Origin: Planctomycetota bacterium
GTDB taxonomy: Bacteria > Planctomycetota > UBA8108 > SXIK01
Reading direction: 5' to 3'
Length of the DNA stretch: 64,000 bases
Assembly (NCBI GenBank): GCA_965223265.1
Contig: OZ244999.1
Span: forward strand, 5,728,001-5,792,000
Shown here in pieces: positions 19,975-30,355 of the stretch. The notes beneath the pieces were generated by a model. It saw only the letters and a list, made by a program, of their open reading frames with translations, did not search any database and was not told the DNA's origin. Each line of letters begins with the position of its first letter. Position 1 is the first letter of the stretch. The position numbers and the translations under genes are program-made.

Positions 19975-20703
19975 ATGACGATGCTCCAAGGATCTGTGCA
20001 GCCGCGGCAATCCGTCTCTGATGACGACGTCGAACGCATGTATCGCCTCTTCTGCAATTACTACACACATGTAAGGCGAGACGTCTTCTATCGCGACTGG
20101 AAGGAGAAACATTGGGCACTCACGCTGCGCGACGAGTCAGGAGACCTTCGCGGCTTCACGACGCTCATGCTCTATGATCTCAAGGTTCTCGGAAAGCGTA
20201 TTCGTGCTGTCTTCAACGGCAACACCATCATCGACCGCGACTGCTGGGGAGAGCAGGAACTGGTGCGAACGTGGTGCACGTTCATGTCGACGCTCAAGAC
20301 GCAGCAGCCCGATCTCCCTCTCTACTGGTTTCTCATCTCCAGCGGCTACCGCACGTATCTTTTTCTGCCGCTCTTTTTCCGTGAGTTCTTTCCGCGCTAC
20401 GACCGAAGTACCCCGCCGCTCGAGCAGCACATCATCGACTCCCTGGGACGACTGAAATTTCCGGGGGAGTACCGTGACGGCATCGTACGTGTTTCCGAGC
20501 AGCGCGAGTGCTTTCGCTCAGACTTAGCGAAGCCATCGCCTGGACGCCTACGGAACGATCACGTCAAGTTCTTCGTGACCCAGAATCCAAACTTCGCACG
20601 AGGCGACGAATTGGTCTGCCTGACGGAGTTCTCCTTCGCCAACACGAAACGAATGGCCCATGAGAAACTCGCTGAGACGTTGATGGACAAAAACGTGAGT
20701 TAA
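19975..20703 (+). CDS. Hypothetical protein, probable GNAT-like fold, GH3-cluster associated
   Basis: Operon position; LRGFTT, FNGNTIIDRDCWG and YWFLISSGYRTY patterns compatible with an acyltransferase fold (inference). Confidence 0.65.
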   Translation: MTMLQGSVQPRQSVSDDDVERMYRLFCNYYTHVRRDVFYRDWKEKHWALTLRDESGDLRGFTTLMLYDLKVLGKRIRAVFNGNTIIDRDCWGEQELVRTWCTFMSTLKTQQPDLPLYWFLISSGYRTYLFLPLFFREFFPRYDRSTPPLEQHIIDSLGRLKFPGEYRDGIVRVSEQRECFRSDLAKPSPGRLRNDHVKFFVTQNPNFARGDELVCLTEFSFANTKRMAHEKLAETLMDKNVS

Positions 20704-20885
20704 CAGCCCGTTGAAACAGGGTTTCGTTCTCCGAACCGGCTCCCTCACGCTCAGCTCAGCTCGACCGCATCGGCACCCGCCATGTATGCCTTTTAGAAAA
20801 AGCTCGAAGATCACCCGCGCTTGCCACTGCTGCGGCGGATGCGAATGATCCGGTTATTCGACTAAAGCACTCTTTCGACAGGCCG
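20704..20885. mobile_element. 182-bp MITE-like insertion with TTAA duplication
   Basis: TTAA (20700-20703) CAGCCCGTTGAAA ... TTTCGACAGGCCG TTAA (20886-20889); terminal inverted repeats match at 10/13 positions. Confidence 0.7.
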
Positions 20886-20908
20886 TTAAAAGCGTCTTCA
20901 AGCTACCA

Positions 20909-22411
20909 ATGATCACTCGCTGTCTCGGCAACGCTCTTTGGCTCCGGTCAAACCTCCGTCATGCAGCAGCATATCGCCGCGCCCTGAGCAATCCGCGTCG
21001 AGCTCAAGAAGAGATTCTCTTCGCTTTTCTCGAGCGCAACGCGACCTCAGCGTACGGGCGCCAATTTCGTTACGCCCAAATACGATCGGTGCACGATTTT
21101 CAGCAAGCCGTGCCAGTGGTCACCTACGACGACCTCGTGCCGTGGATCGATCGCATGCTGCACGGAGAGGAGAGAGTGCTGACGACGGAGGCTGTGCTCC
21201 GGTTCGAGAAGTCGAGTGGCTCAAATGGACCGGCGAAGTTCATTCCATACACCGAAACGCTGCTGCAGCAGTTCCGGGCTGCGATCGGCGCCTGGATCGA
21301 GGACATGTACCGTGCACGTCCGGGGCTCGCTTTCGGATCCCAGTATTGGTCCGTCTCGCCGATCGTGACCGAACGCGAGCACACACCTGGTGGCCATCCC
21401 ATCGGCATGGAGGACGACACTGAGTACTTCGCGCCGGCCGTTCGTCGTTGGCTCCGCTGGATCATGGCGGCCCCTGGAGCCCTCGCGGCCACGCAAGATG
21501 TCGGCGAACACCGGAGGCTCACGCTCGCTCACCTCATGCGCGCTCGCGACCTCCGGTTCATTTCGGTATGGAATCCAAGCTTCTTGACGCTACTCCTTGA
21601 GCAACTGCCGGCACCCGAGCTGGCGACGAAACTCTGGCCGCGGCTGCAGCTCATCAGCTGTTGGACGAGCGGCGCTGCAGCACGCGCAGTCGGCGACCTT
21701 GAGCGTCTCTTTCCGGACGTCGAGATTCAGGGCAAGGGACTCATGGCAACCGAGGGCGCCGTTTCGATTCCGCGCTTTCCGGACGCCTCATCGCCCTCTA
21801 CTCAAGTGACAATTCCCAGCCCTGCGCTGACGTCTCACTTCTTGGAGTTCATCGCCTCAGACGGCAGCGTTCACCTCGTGGGCGACCTCGACCCCGGAGA
21901 GACCTACCGCGTCGTCTTGACAGCGGGCAACGGATTCGCCCGCTACGACCTCGGCGACCGAGTTCGAGCCGCTCCACCACTGCCTGGCGAACGTGTCGCT
22001 CGCATCGAGTTCGTTGGCAGGGACAGCAACTTCACGGATCTGTGCGGAGAGAAGCTCAACGAGGTCTTCGTCGGAGACATCATCGAGGGCGTCGTTCAGC
22101 GGTTTGACGTCAACGGTATCGCCATGTTGGCCCCGGAGTGGGGCCAACCGCCTCACTATCTCCTCTTTGTCGACTCGCCCCAGGCTCCCACCATTGCAGC
22201 GGCAGTCGAAGATCGCCTCCGCACTTCGTTTCACTACGACTACTGCCGACGTTTGGGACAGCTCGGCCCCACCGAAGGGATTTACTGTCAGCGCGGCAAC
22301 GAAGCTTACCTCGGCGTGCGCGCTGCTCAAGGCATGCGCCTTGGCAACGTCAAGCCAACGTATCTTCGCCGCGAACTAGATTGGAGGAAACGGCTCGCAG
22401 CTCATGCGTGA
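20909..22411 (+). CDS. GH3-family acyl-adenylate/amide ligase
   Basis: AYGRQF, VPVVTYDDL, FEKSSGSNGPAKFIPYT, GLMATEG, RYDLGD, FVGR...DLCGEKL. Confidence 0.9.
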   Translation: MITRCLGNALWLRSNLRHAAAYRRALSNPRRAQEEILFAFLERNATSAYGRQFRYAQIRSVHDFQQAVPVVTYDDLVPWIDRMLHGEERVLTTEAVLRFEKSSGSNGPAKFIPYTETLLQQFRAAIGAWIEDMYRARPGLAFGSQYWSVSPIVTEREHTPGGHPIGMEDDTEYFAPAVRRWLRWIMAAPGALAATQDVGEHRRLTLAHLMRARDLRFISVWNPSFLTLLLEQLPAPELATKLWPRLQLISCWTSGAAARAVGDLERLFPDVEIQGKGLMATEGAVSIPRFPDASSPSTQVTIPSPALTSHFLEFIASDGSVHLVGDLDPGETYRVVLTAGNGFARYDLGDRVRAAPPLPGERVARIEFVGRDSNFTDLCGEKLNEVFVGDIIEGVVQRFDVNGIAMLAPEWGQPPHYLLFVDSPQAPTIAAAVEDRLRTSFHYDYCRRLGQLGPTEGIYCQRGNEAYLGVRAAQGMRLGNVKPTYLRRELDWRKRLAAHA

Positions 22412-23615
22412 AGTCATAGAACGCACAAGGAAAGTTCGACGCGCACAGTTCTTCGATGAACGAAAGAGCCTCTTCCGGTCGCTCGATAGCCGGCCTGCAT
22501 TCTCGGATACGTCCGCGGCTACGTCCGCGGGTGCGATGCGCTTCGAACTGGCGACGCCAAGCGACGACGAAGCGCTTCGCGCGCTCCTTCGCGAAACTCC
22601 AATACCCGGTATGGCAGAAGTCGCGTTTTTGCGTGAGCCGAGCTACTTTCGCGCCGCAGCCGTGGCTGGCACCCACGTTCAAACGCTCGTCGCGCGCGCG
22701 GGCGGCCAAATCGCCGCGGTCAGTACGAGGGCCATTCGTCCAACTTTCATCAACGGCAGGCGCACCGACGCAGGTTACTTAGGAGACCTTCGCGTCCGGC
22801 CAGAGTTTCGCGGCACGACGCTGCTCGCGCGTGGCTACCGGTTCCTCCGCCGGCTTCATGACGACGGCCGCGCCCGACTCTACTCCACGATGATCATGGA
22901 AGGCAATCGCAACGCCCTGTCCACGATTGCGGCGAACCGCGCCGATCTGCCGTGCTACTCGGATCAAGGCCGCGTCTTCACCCCCATGCTGCACGTCCGG
23001 CGGTCTCGCAGAGTAAACCTGGCGAGATCCGAAACGCTCGAACGTGGTCGACCTGAGACTCTCGACGAGATCGTCGCGGCGCTGAACCGTGACCGTCTAC
23101 AGTTCGCTCCGGCGTATTCGCGCCATGACTTTCTCGGCGGCCGCTACGCCAACTTTTCTGTAGAGGACTTCTTTGTGCTGCGGCGCACCGGCCGCATCGT
23201 TGCCGTCGCGGGTCTATGGGACCAACGACCCGCACGCCAGACCGTAGTGACGCGATACTGCGGTGCGCTAAAGGCGCTCCGGCCACTGGTGAACTTACTG
23301 CGTCGTCCCAAGTTGCCGCAGCCACACACACCGTGGAACTATGCCTACGTCGCCTTTGCCTACAGCCGCGACACGGAAAGCTTTCGCAAAATTCTACGAT
23401 CCATCCATAACCACGTCGGCGGCGTTGGGCTCGAAGACGGGCGCTGCAGTGACATCGATTTCCTGATCATCGGTCTCCACGAAGATGATCCTCGCGCCGC
23501 CGTTCTCAGCGAATTTCGTACGACTCCATTCAGCGGTCGACTTTTCGCCGTGACTTTCGACGCCCCATTACCGTTCGATGGCCGCACCCCCTTCGTTGAG
23601 GCGGCTTTGCTATGA
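22404..23615 (+). CDS. GNAT-like N-acyltransferase
   Basis: FLREPSYF; GYLGDLRVRPEFRG acetyl-CoA motif A. True start may be the internal MRFELA. Confidence 0.75.
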   Translation: MREVIERTRKVRRAQFFDERKSLFRSLDSRPAFSDTSAATSAGAMRFELATPSDDEALRALLRETPIPGMAEVAFLREPSYFRAAAVAGTHVQTLVARAGGQIAAVSTRAIRPTFINGRRTDAGYLGDLRVRPEFRGTTLLARGYRFLRRLHDDGRARLYSTMIMEGNRNALSTIAANRADLPCYSDQGRVFTPMLHVRRSRRVNLARSETLERGRPETLDEIVAALNRDRLQFAPAYSRHDFLGGRYANFSVEDFFVLRRTGRIVAVAGLWDQRPARQTVVTRYCGALKALRPLVNLLRRPKLPQPHTPWNYAYVAFAYSRDTESFRKILRSIHNHVGGVGLEDGRCSDIDFLIIGLHEDDPRAAVLSEFRTTPFSGRLFAVTFDAPLPFDGRTPFVEAALL

Positions 23616-24586
23616 AGGTACTTGACGATCGCTCCGATGTTCGAAGTCTTGTTTTCATCGCCGCGCTTCTTCTCTTGATCGGACTGCAGTGGTGTGGAGC
23701 GGCTCGAGACTCAGTTCTCTACGCCGCCACCCTTTGGCTCAGTTTTGTCGCCTGCATCGTCAATCACAATCACCAACACTGCGCGACGTTCTGTTCGGCG
23801 GTCGGAAATCGCCTCTTCGGCATTCTGTTGACTTTCTCAATCGGTCAGCCCGCGACGGCGATCGTTCCGATGCACAACCACAACCACCATCCGCACAACA
23901 ACTCGGCGCACGACTACGTGCGCGTCTCACAGGTCACCTATCGCTGGAATCTCCTCAATTTGCTTCTGTTTCCGTTCGTTGCGGTCAAGAACTATGCGGC
24001 CGTCAAATCTCAACAGATGCGGCAGTGGCGTCGACTCGACCCGCGCCTTTTCGCGCAACTGCGCTGGGAACGAACACTCTTCTACCCGACGCTGCTTCTT
24101 TTGGTGTTCGCTCGCCCGGTCGAAACCGTTCAGTTCTGCATCCTGCCTTATCTCTTCGGGCAGTGGAGCATCATCGCGATCAATCTCGTGCAACATGACG
24201 GCTGCGACGCCCAGTCCAGACATAACCACTCACGCAACTTCACCGGTCGGTGGCTCAACTGGTGGACACTCAACAACGGCTATCACACAGCACACCATAT
24301 GCGCCCACAGATGCACTGGAGCCGTCTGCCGACGCTTCACGCGGAGATCCAGGCGTCCATCCACCCTAAGCTGCGCCGAGGGTCGCTGCTGTGGACCCTC
24401 TTTCAATTCTATCTTTGGCCGGGTCGCCGCGCCCAGGTGGCGGAACTACGGCGCCCCGCTGTGCGACCCAGCTTGTCGGCAAGCGAAGCGGCGCCGGAGT
24501 GTGAGTCGATTCGGTTGGGCCAGAAGCAACAGCATCGGCGGCCAAGTTTGGAAACCGTGGGAAGTCAGGAGAGTCAAAACGCATGA
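23612..24586 (+). CDS. Fatty acid desaturase-family membrane diiron enzyme
   Basis: His boxes HNHQH, HNHNHH and HTAHH; ATGA overlaps at both ends. Confidence 0.9.
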   Translation: MKVLDDRSDVRSLVFIAALLLLIGLQWCGAARDSVLYAATLWLSFVACIVNHNHQHCATFCSAVGNRLFGILLTFSIGQPATAIVPMHNHNHHPHNNSAHDYVRVSQVTYRWNLLNLLLFPFVAVKNYAAVKSQQMRQWRRLDPRLFAQLRWERTLFYPTLLLLVFARPVETVQFCILPYLFGQWSIIAINLVQHDGCDAQSRHNHSRNFTGRWLNWWTLNNGYHTAHHMRPQMHWSRLPTLHAEIQASIHPKLRRGSLLWTLFQFYLWPGRRAQVAELRRPAVRPSLSASEAAPECESIRLGQKQQHRRPSLETVGSQESQNA

Positions 24587-27500
24587 AACCGTTCTCCAAT
24601 CGAGCGCCGGCGAATTCAGCAACTACCGCGAAAGCTTCGGAGGTGTCGGAGCCACAACCCCCACAGCGCTGGCTGCGATGGTGGTTAGCAGCGGCCCTCT
24701 CGATCCTCGCTGCCATAGCGCTCCTGTTTTATCGCCACCAGAACATGTCAGCTGGTGTCGGCGGCCCCATCTCGCTTCCCAAGATACTCTGGCTTGCGTT
24801 CGCCGTTGGCACTTGGTTCGTCGTCCCCCCCTTTCTATGGCGCGACCGTCGCTTGAATCGTCCGACGCGTCAACTGTTCGGGTATTTTTGGATCGCCATG
24901 ATGGTGCGGGGCGTTCTCGAGATCATTCTCATTTACTTTTTCCACCACTGGACGCCCTGGTATGGCATCGCTCACGACCTCTTTTGCGTGCTACTGATCC
25001 TCGCACTACGTCGCCGTGTGCCGTCATCGGGTCCGGAGGCGACGAACGAAAGCCATCGAGCCCGCCGCTTCTCCTCGTCAATCGTTGTCGCACTCCTGGC
25101 CGAGACGGCGTTTGCGGCGATGTTTCTCCAGGCACAGGTGCACCATGAAGCGATCTACTTCGTCTCGTCCGCTTCGTCCTGGGGTTACGTCAACCTCACG
25201 ACCATCGCTGTACTCATGTTTCTGTACCCGGACCTGATCGCTATGCTGATCACGCTCTACTTTCCGGGTGTCTCCCGCGAGACTCCACGGGCGCTGAGGC
25301 TGGCAGGTGCCGTAGGTCGTTTCGCTACCGTGGTCCTGGTCGCTGCTGCCCTCTCCTTTTGGACGTGGATGCAGAGTGTCGAGCGAACCGCGCGGCAGTT
25401 TCAAGACGTCGGCTATCAAGTCGTCGACTCGTGTACACAATTCAAAGAAGACTTCGTGCTGGCCCGTCGAGATCGGATGGCAGACTTCATTGACTCGGGT
25501 GTAGCTACGTGGCGCCGTGTCTCGCGTCAGCACAACCATCCTTTCGAGATCCTCGAGTGGCAACCTGGGGGCGAAGAGGACCGACGCCCGCTCCTCGACG
25601 CGCTGCTCGAAATGCGCCACCGCTTCACCAGCCTGACGGCGGCGGCGTTCAAGATCCATCTCGTCGAGCGCTCCGATGACGAAGACGCCATCGTGCAGCT
25701 TCGTTTCGAGGTCAGTGGTGTCGAACGCAACCTTGCTGGGATCCCCGCGCTCCACGGCACTGACCGTGGACTACTTCGCTGCTCATTTCATCTCGGCGAC
25801 GATGGCCGTTGGCGGATCACGCAATCGTCGCTGCTCGAAGGGGTCTCTGTTCGCGGCAAGGCTCGTTCGTTTCGAGACGTCGCCGAAGAGCGTGGGGTCG
25901 CCTTCTTCATGGAACCAGACCGCCGCTTCCTTCCGGGGGAGAAATGCGACGCTCATCGCTGCGGCGACTATGGCAGACTCCACTTTCAAACCATGCGCCA
26001 CGCCTATGCAGGCTGCTCGACAGCCGACTACGACGGCGACGGGCATGACGACGTGCTTCTCTGTGCCGGAGGACGCTCCCGACTCTATCGAAACAAGGGA
26101 GACGGCACATTCCATGAGACCACGGCGCGAGCTGGCCTACCGGAGCTGTGGCACGTCAACACTGCCGGATTCGCTGATTTGGACAACGACGGCGACCAAG
26201 ACCTCTTCTTAGGTGCTTTCTACGGACAGAATCGTCTGTTCGAGAACATGGGTGGCGGAAGATTCAGGGAAGCAACAGAGCGCTCGAGTCTTGGTCGAGA
26301 CGACGCGGTCACGTGCTTTGCATTCTTCGACTACGACCGCGACGGCGATCTCGACCTTTACCTCGGCCGCTTCCTCGAAGCACGTCGCGAAATACCAGAT
26401 TCCTTTCTCTATGCCCGCAACGGCGAGCCCAATGTTCTCTACGAGAACGAAGGAGGGCTTCGGTTCCGCGACGTCACAAAGAAGGCCGGCGTGGGCGACC
26501 GAGGTTTAACCCTCAGTCTCGCAGCTGCTGACTATGACGAAGACGGCGACCAAGATCTCTATGTCGCAAACGACTTCGGCCGCAATCTCCTCTACGAGAA
26601 CCGCGGCGATGGTTCGTTCCAAGATGTGGCCAAACAACGCGGGGCGTTAGCCATTGGCGGCAGCATGAGCGCCAGTTGGGGCGACTATGACAACGATGGC
26701 AGACTCGATCTTTACGTCGCCGCGATTCGCTCCAACCAGCGCTGGTTTGTCCAGCCGATCACAGCACGGCGCGTCATCTTCAAATTCTTCCGCGAGGGGA
26801 AACTGGGAACGGACAACCCCGTACTCTCCGACCTCAGGAGCTACATGGGAAGAGACTGGGTCAACATCGGCAACCACGCTCTCGCGGGCAACTCGCTGCT
26901 TAGGCAAACGCCTGAGCACAACTTCACCGAGCAGGCTGAGCTGGCGCACGCTCGGCCCGCGGGTTGGTATTGGAGTTCCGGCTTCATAGACCTCGACCAT
27001 GACGGCGATCTTGACATCCTGGCGACGAACGGGTGGATCACGGGCAAGAAATCTCACGACTTGTGAGCTGAATTCAACACCGGTGCGGTCGCACCGGATC
27101 GCCCCTACAAGAGTGGCTACCTCTTCAGCGACGCCTTTCTGCGTGACTTCTCCTGGAACGGCAACGAGCGCAATCGTTTCCTTGTGAACATGGGCGAAGG
27201 CGTGTTCGTCGAGGCTGCGACTCCGTATGGACTCGATAGCATTCGCGACGCTCGAGGTCTCGCAGCGTCCGACTTCGATGGCGACGGAGATGTCGACTTG
27301 ATCGTCAATAACTACAACCGCCCAGCGCACTACTTCGCCAACGATGCGGCACGAGGCAACTGGCTACGCGTGCGCCTGCGGGGACGGACAAGCAATCGAG
27401 ACGGCATCGGAGCCACCGTGCGGGTTGAAACAGGAACGCACCGGCAAATGCGCGTCGTAACAGCGGGGAGCGGCTACGCATCGCAGTCTTCGCGGACGGT

Positions 27501-27669
27501 ACATTTCGGCCTTGGGACATACGACACCGTGGATCTCCTCGAAATCAAATGGCCGGGAGGCGATCGCGGCAGCGCAGTACGACAGAGTTTCAGGGACGTC
27601 AGTGTGAATCGGTTGCTGGTCATAGATGAACACGAGCATGAGCTATTCGCGATGGAGCCGTCACGGTGA
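24583..27669 (+). CDS. Membrane domain + FG-GAP repeat + ASPIC/UnbV (CRTAC1-family) protein; candidate selenoprotein (UGA at 27064-27066)
   Basis: ORFs 24583-27066 and 27184-27669 share a frame, and the 39 codons between them are open and family-like (FSWNGNERNRFL). Multiple DxDxDGDxDL repeats; C-terminal SNRDGIGA...GSGYASQS...HFGLG UnbV domain; SECIS-like hairpin after the UGA. Confidence 0.8.
27064..27097 (+). promoter_or_regulatory. UGA plus putative bacterial SECIS element
   Basis: UGA-N13-CCGGUGC-GGUC-GCACCGG: 7-bp perfect stem with GGUC loop. Confidence 0.7.
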
Positions 27670-28697
27670 GGAGGGACGCAGTGATCAGTAGTCCAAGCGC
27701 ACTGCTCGAGAAGAACCCGGCCCGATTGCCGCTTCGAGAACTTCTCGATCAGGCTCGAGAGCACGCCAACTCGCCGAGGTCGTTGAACGTTGTTGCACCG
27801 ATCGCCACGGATCGATTCTTCATCTGCCCGACTGCGACACCGCTTTACTATACCTCACTCTACCGAAAGCTCTCCGAAGAGCAGGCGCGACGCTACAACC
27901 AGCTCACGGCGCTCTCTTTCAACGAGCTCATCATGGCCCTCGAAAGAAGCATCGCCCCAGTGCTTTTCGCCGCCCTACGCGGCGCAGCCTGGTTTCACCG
28001 TACCGATCCACCGTCCGAGCTTGTCGACTACTTCGAGTTCTTCGAAGCCGAAGAGCGTCGACACCTGCGTATGTGGCAGGCCCTGAACCAACTCGCCGAA
28101 CCCAAGTGGTATGAGGGCGAGAACGTCCATTTCTTCCAGACACGGACGCGCCCATCGTCAATGCTCCGAACACTCTGTTCGCGCCCCCACCTCGTTTCAA
28201 CAGTGCTTTGGATCATGCTCCTGCAGGAGGAGATGACGATGGAGTTAGCGCGCCGCTGTGCCAGAAGCTGTCTCGAACCACTCGAGCCTCGCTTCGGAGA
28301 GGCGTACCGCCTACACGTCGAAGATGAAGTTCGACATGTTCAGATTGACTGGTACGTGATTGAACACTTGCGTGCCGCGCAGAGCCCTCGGGTGCGCCGA
28401 TTGAACGCGAGGATAGTCCGATTCCTCGTGAAGACGTTCTTTCTGGCGCCACGTCGACTCGCTGTCAAGGTCGCCAAAGAGCTCGTCCGCGAGTTTCCGA
28501 GTCTACGGCCAAGCCTTTCACGGATGCAGAGGGAACTGAAGGGGCTCGGATCGGATCTTGAATACCAGCACATGATGTACTCGCGTCGAAGCCACCCTAT
28601 TTCGTTTCATTTGTTCGACTGCTACCCGGAATTTGAGGCCATGAGACACGTGCTCTTCTCCTACCAACCAGGTGAGTCTTCCCGTGCGCAGTCATAG
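27666..28697 (+). CDS. AurF/CmlI-like ferritin-fold diiron oxygenase
   Basis: TPLYYT...Y..LS, EAEERRH, LQEE and HVEDEVRH ligand motifs; GTGA overlap with the upstream gene. Confidence 0.82.
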   Translation: MRRDAVISSPSALLEKNPARLPLRELLDQAREHANSPRSLNVVAPIATDRFFICPTATPLYYTSLYRKLSEEQARRYNQLTALSFNELIMALERSIAPVLFAALRGAAWFHRTDPPSELVDYFEFFEAEERRHLRMWQALNQLAEPKWYEGENVHFFQTRTRPSSMLRTLCSRPHLVSTVLWIMLLQEEMTMELARRCARSCLEPLEPRFGEAYRLHVEDEVRHVQIDWYVIEHLRAAQSPRVRRLNARIVRFLVKTFFLAPRRLAVKVAKELVREFPSLRPSLSRMQRELKGLGSDLEYQHMMYSRRSHPISFHLFDCYPEFEAMRHVLFSYQPGESSRAQS

Positions 28698-29622
28698 CGG
28701 TGTGCCGTCAACATTTCCGATACCGACCGCGTGGAACGTGTCGATCATTATGGTGCAATGGCTTGCGTTCTTTGCATGCTGCTGGTGGGCTGCAAGGATC
28801 GAAACCTGGACGCAGACGCTTGGTCTGGCACTTGTGTTCGGCATTCTTGGCAACTCGATCTATTCCGTCCTTCATGAAGCGGAACACGGGATCCTTCTTC
28901 CGAACCGCCGCCTGAACGATCTCGCCGGTGTCATGATGGCGCTCCTCTTCCCGGCGCCGTTTCATCTGCTGCGGCAAGGACATCTCGGGCACCACCTCAG
29001 AAACCGCTCCGACGACGAAGCCTTCGACCTCGTCATCGAGGGCGAGCACCCCGTGTGGAAGCGCATTCAGTTTTACGGGATCATCACTGGTTTTTACTGG
29101 CTTGCCGTCGTGCTCGGCAACTTCGTAGCTCTCTTTGCGCCGACGCTATTGAGGTCTCAGTCGCTGCGGTTTGACAAAGCGACAGCGGCTCTACTCGATT
29201 CACTCAATCCACGCTATCTGCGCCTGATCCGCATCGAAGCATGTGCCGCGCTTGCCTTCCACACAAGTGTCGTATGGGCATTCGGCATCGCGCCAGCGAC
29301 CTACTTCTGCGTTTACTTCGGTTTCGGCTGGATGTGGTCCGCCATGCAATACGTACACCACTTCGGGACCGAACGCCACGTAGTGCGCGGCACTCGCAAT
29401 CTCTGGGTGTGGCGCCCGCTCGACGCCGTTTGGCTGCACCACAATCTGCATTTGAACCACCACGCCCACCCGACCGTTCCGTGGATTCACCTACCAAAGC
29501 TCAGCGAAGGCGCAGAAACGACACGAGGGTTTCTGCCGTGGTACTACCTCCGCATGTGGCGTGGCCCTCAGCCAACGGCGGAACACGTGGAGAACCGTTA
29601 TGCGGGACGGATCATTGACTGA
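28672..29622 (+). CDS. Fatty acid desaturase-family protein
   Basis: His boxes HEAEH, HLGHH, QYVHH and HLNHH; PTVPWIHLP. Confidence 0.9.
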   Translation: MSLPVRSHSGVPSTFPIPTAWNVSIIMVQWLAFFACCWWAARIETWTQTLGLALVFGILGNSIYSVLHEAEHGILLPNRRLNDLAGVMMALLFPAPFHLLRQGHLGHHLRNRSDDEAFDLVIEGEHPVWKRIQFYGIITGFYWLAVVLGNFVALFAPTLLRSQSLRFDKATAALLDSLNPRYLRLIRIEACAALAFHTSVVWAFGIAPATYFCVYFGFGWMWSAMQYVHHFGTERHVVRGTRNLWVWRPLDAVWLHHNLHLNHHAHPTVPWIHLPKLSEGAETTRGFLPWYYLRMWRGPQPTAEHVENRYAGRIID

Positions 29623-30355
29623 TCTAACGAATGATGCAGCGCAGAAGGTCTTAGGCGATTCGGTCGTCGGCCGGGAAGAGCCGACGCATGTAAAGCTGCA
29701 GCGGAAGGCCAACATAGGCACCGGGACAAAACTCTTCATGATCCTCACGGGCTACATTCCTCTCGCTCACGCCGTCTTCTGTGCGTTTCTGTTTGTCGCG
29801 GTCGTAGCCGCCGCTGGTCCAGCATGGGGAGTCGCGACGGCGCTCAGCGCATTGTACATAGCCCCGGCGCTTCTCGTGCGCTCGGTTCGTCGCGTTGCGG
29901 CAGTGCCCAACGGCCGATACGGCCCAGCGACGATCACATTTCGACTCTGGTGGTTCTGTGCGCAGTGCCAGCTTCTCTTCAATCGACTGCCGATCTTGGA
30001 GGAGTGCCTCCGCGTTGTCCCAGGTCTCTACTCCGCGTGGATCCGGCTTTGGGGCTCACGCGTGGGCTCGCTCGTCTACTGGGCACCAGGCGTCGTGGTG
30101 TTCGACCGACAGCTCTTGCGCATTGGGCATCGTGTCGCGTTCGGTGGCCGCGCCCACATAACGCCACACTACATGGCCAAAGACGACGACGGCTGCATCG
30201 AGCTCTGCATCGCACCGATCACCATAGGAGACGACGCCCTCGTTGGCGGCCTGTCGCTCGTTCCGGCCGGTGCGACCATTGAACCAGGTGGAGTGACTCG
30301 CGTTCGCGGCGTCGTCAAACCGTTCGAAGTCTACGGCAGGACGTCCGAAGTATGA
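29561..30355 (+). CDS. Membrane-anchored hexapeptide-repeat (left-handed beta-helix) acyltransferase
   Basis: Two TM helices, then WIRLWGSRVG...IGHRVAFG...ITIGDDALVG. Start probably further downstream. Confidence 0.75.
   Translation: MALSQRRNTWRTVMRDGSLTDLTNDAAQKVLGDSVVGREEPTHVKLQRKANIGTGTKLFMILTGYIPLAHAVFCAFLFVAVVAAAGPAWGVATALSALYIAPALLVRSVRRVAAVPNGRYGPATITFRLWWFCAQCQLLFNRLPILEECLRVVPGLYSAWIRLWGSRVGSLVYWAPGVVVFDRQLLRIGHRVAFGGRAHITPHYMAKDDDGCIELCIAPITIGDDALVGGLSLVPAGATIEPGGVTRVRGVVKPFEVYGRTSEV

Noticed and set aside
27064-27066. Genome-wide UGA reassignment (genetic code 4 or 25)
   Set aside because: Many genes here end in TGA at the expected family C-terminus or in ATGA overlaps, so UGA is normally a stop.
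27184-27669. Stand-alone ASPIC/UnbV gene
   Set aside because: No RBS, and family-like sequence continues in frame upstream to the UGA; better explained as part of 24583-27669.
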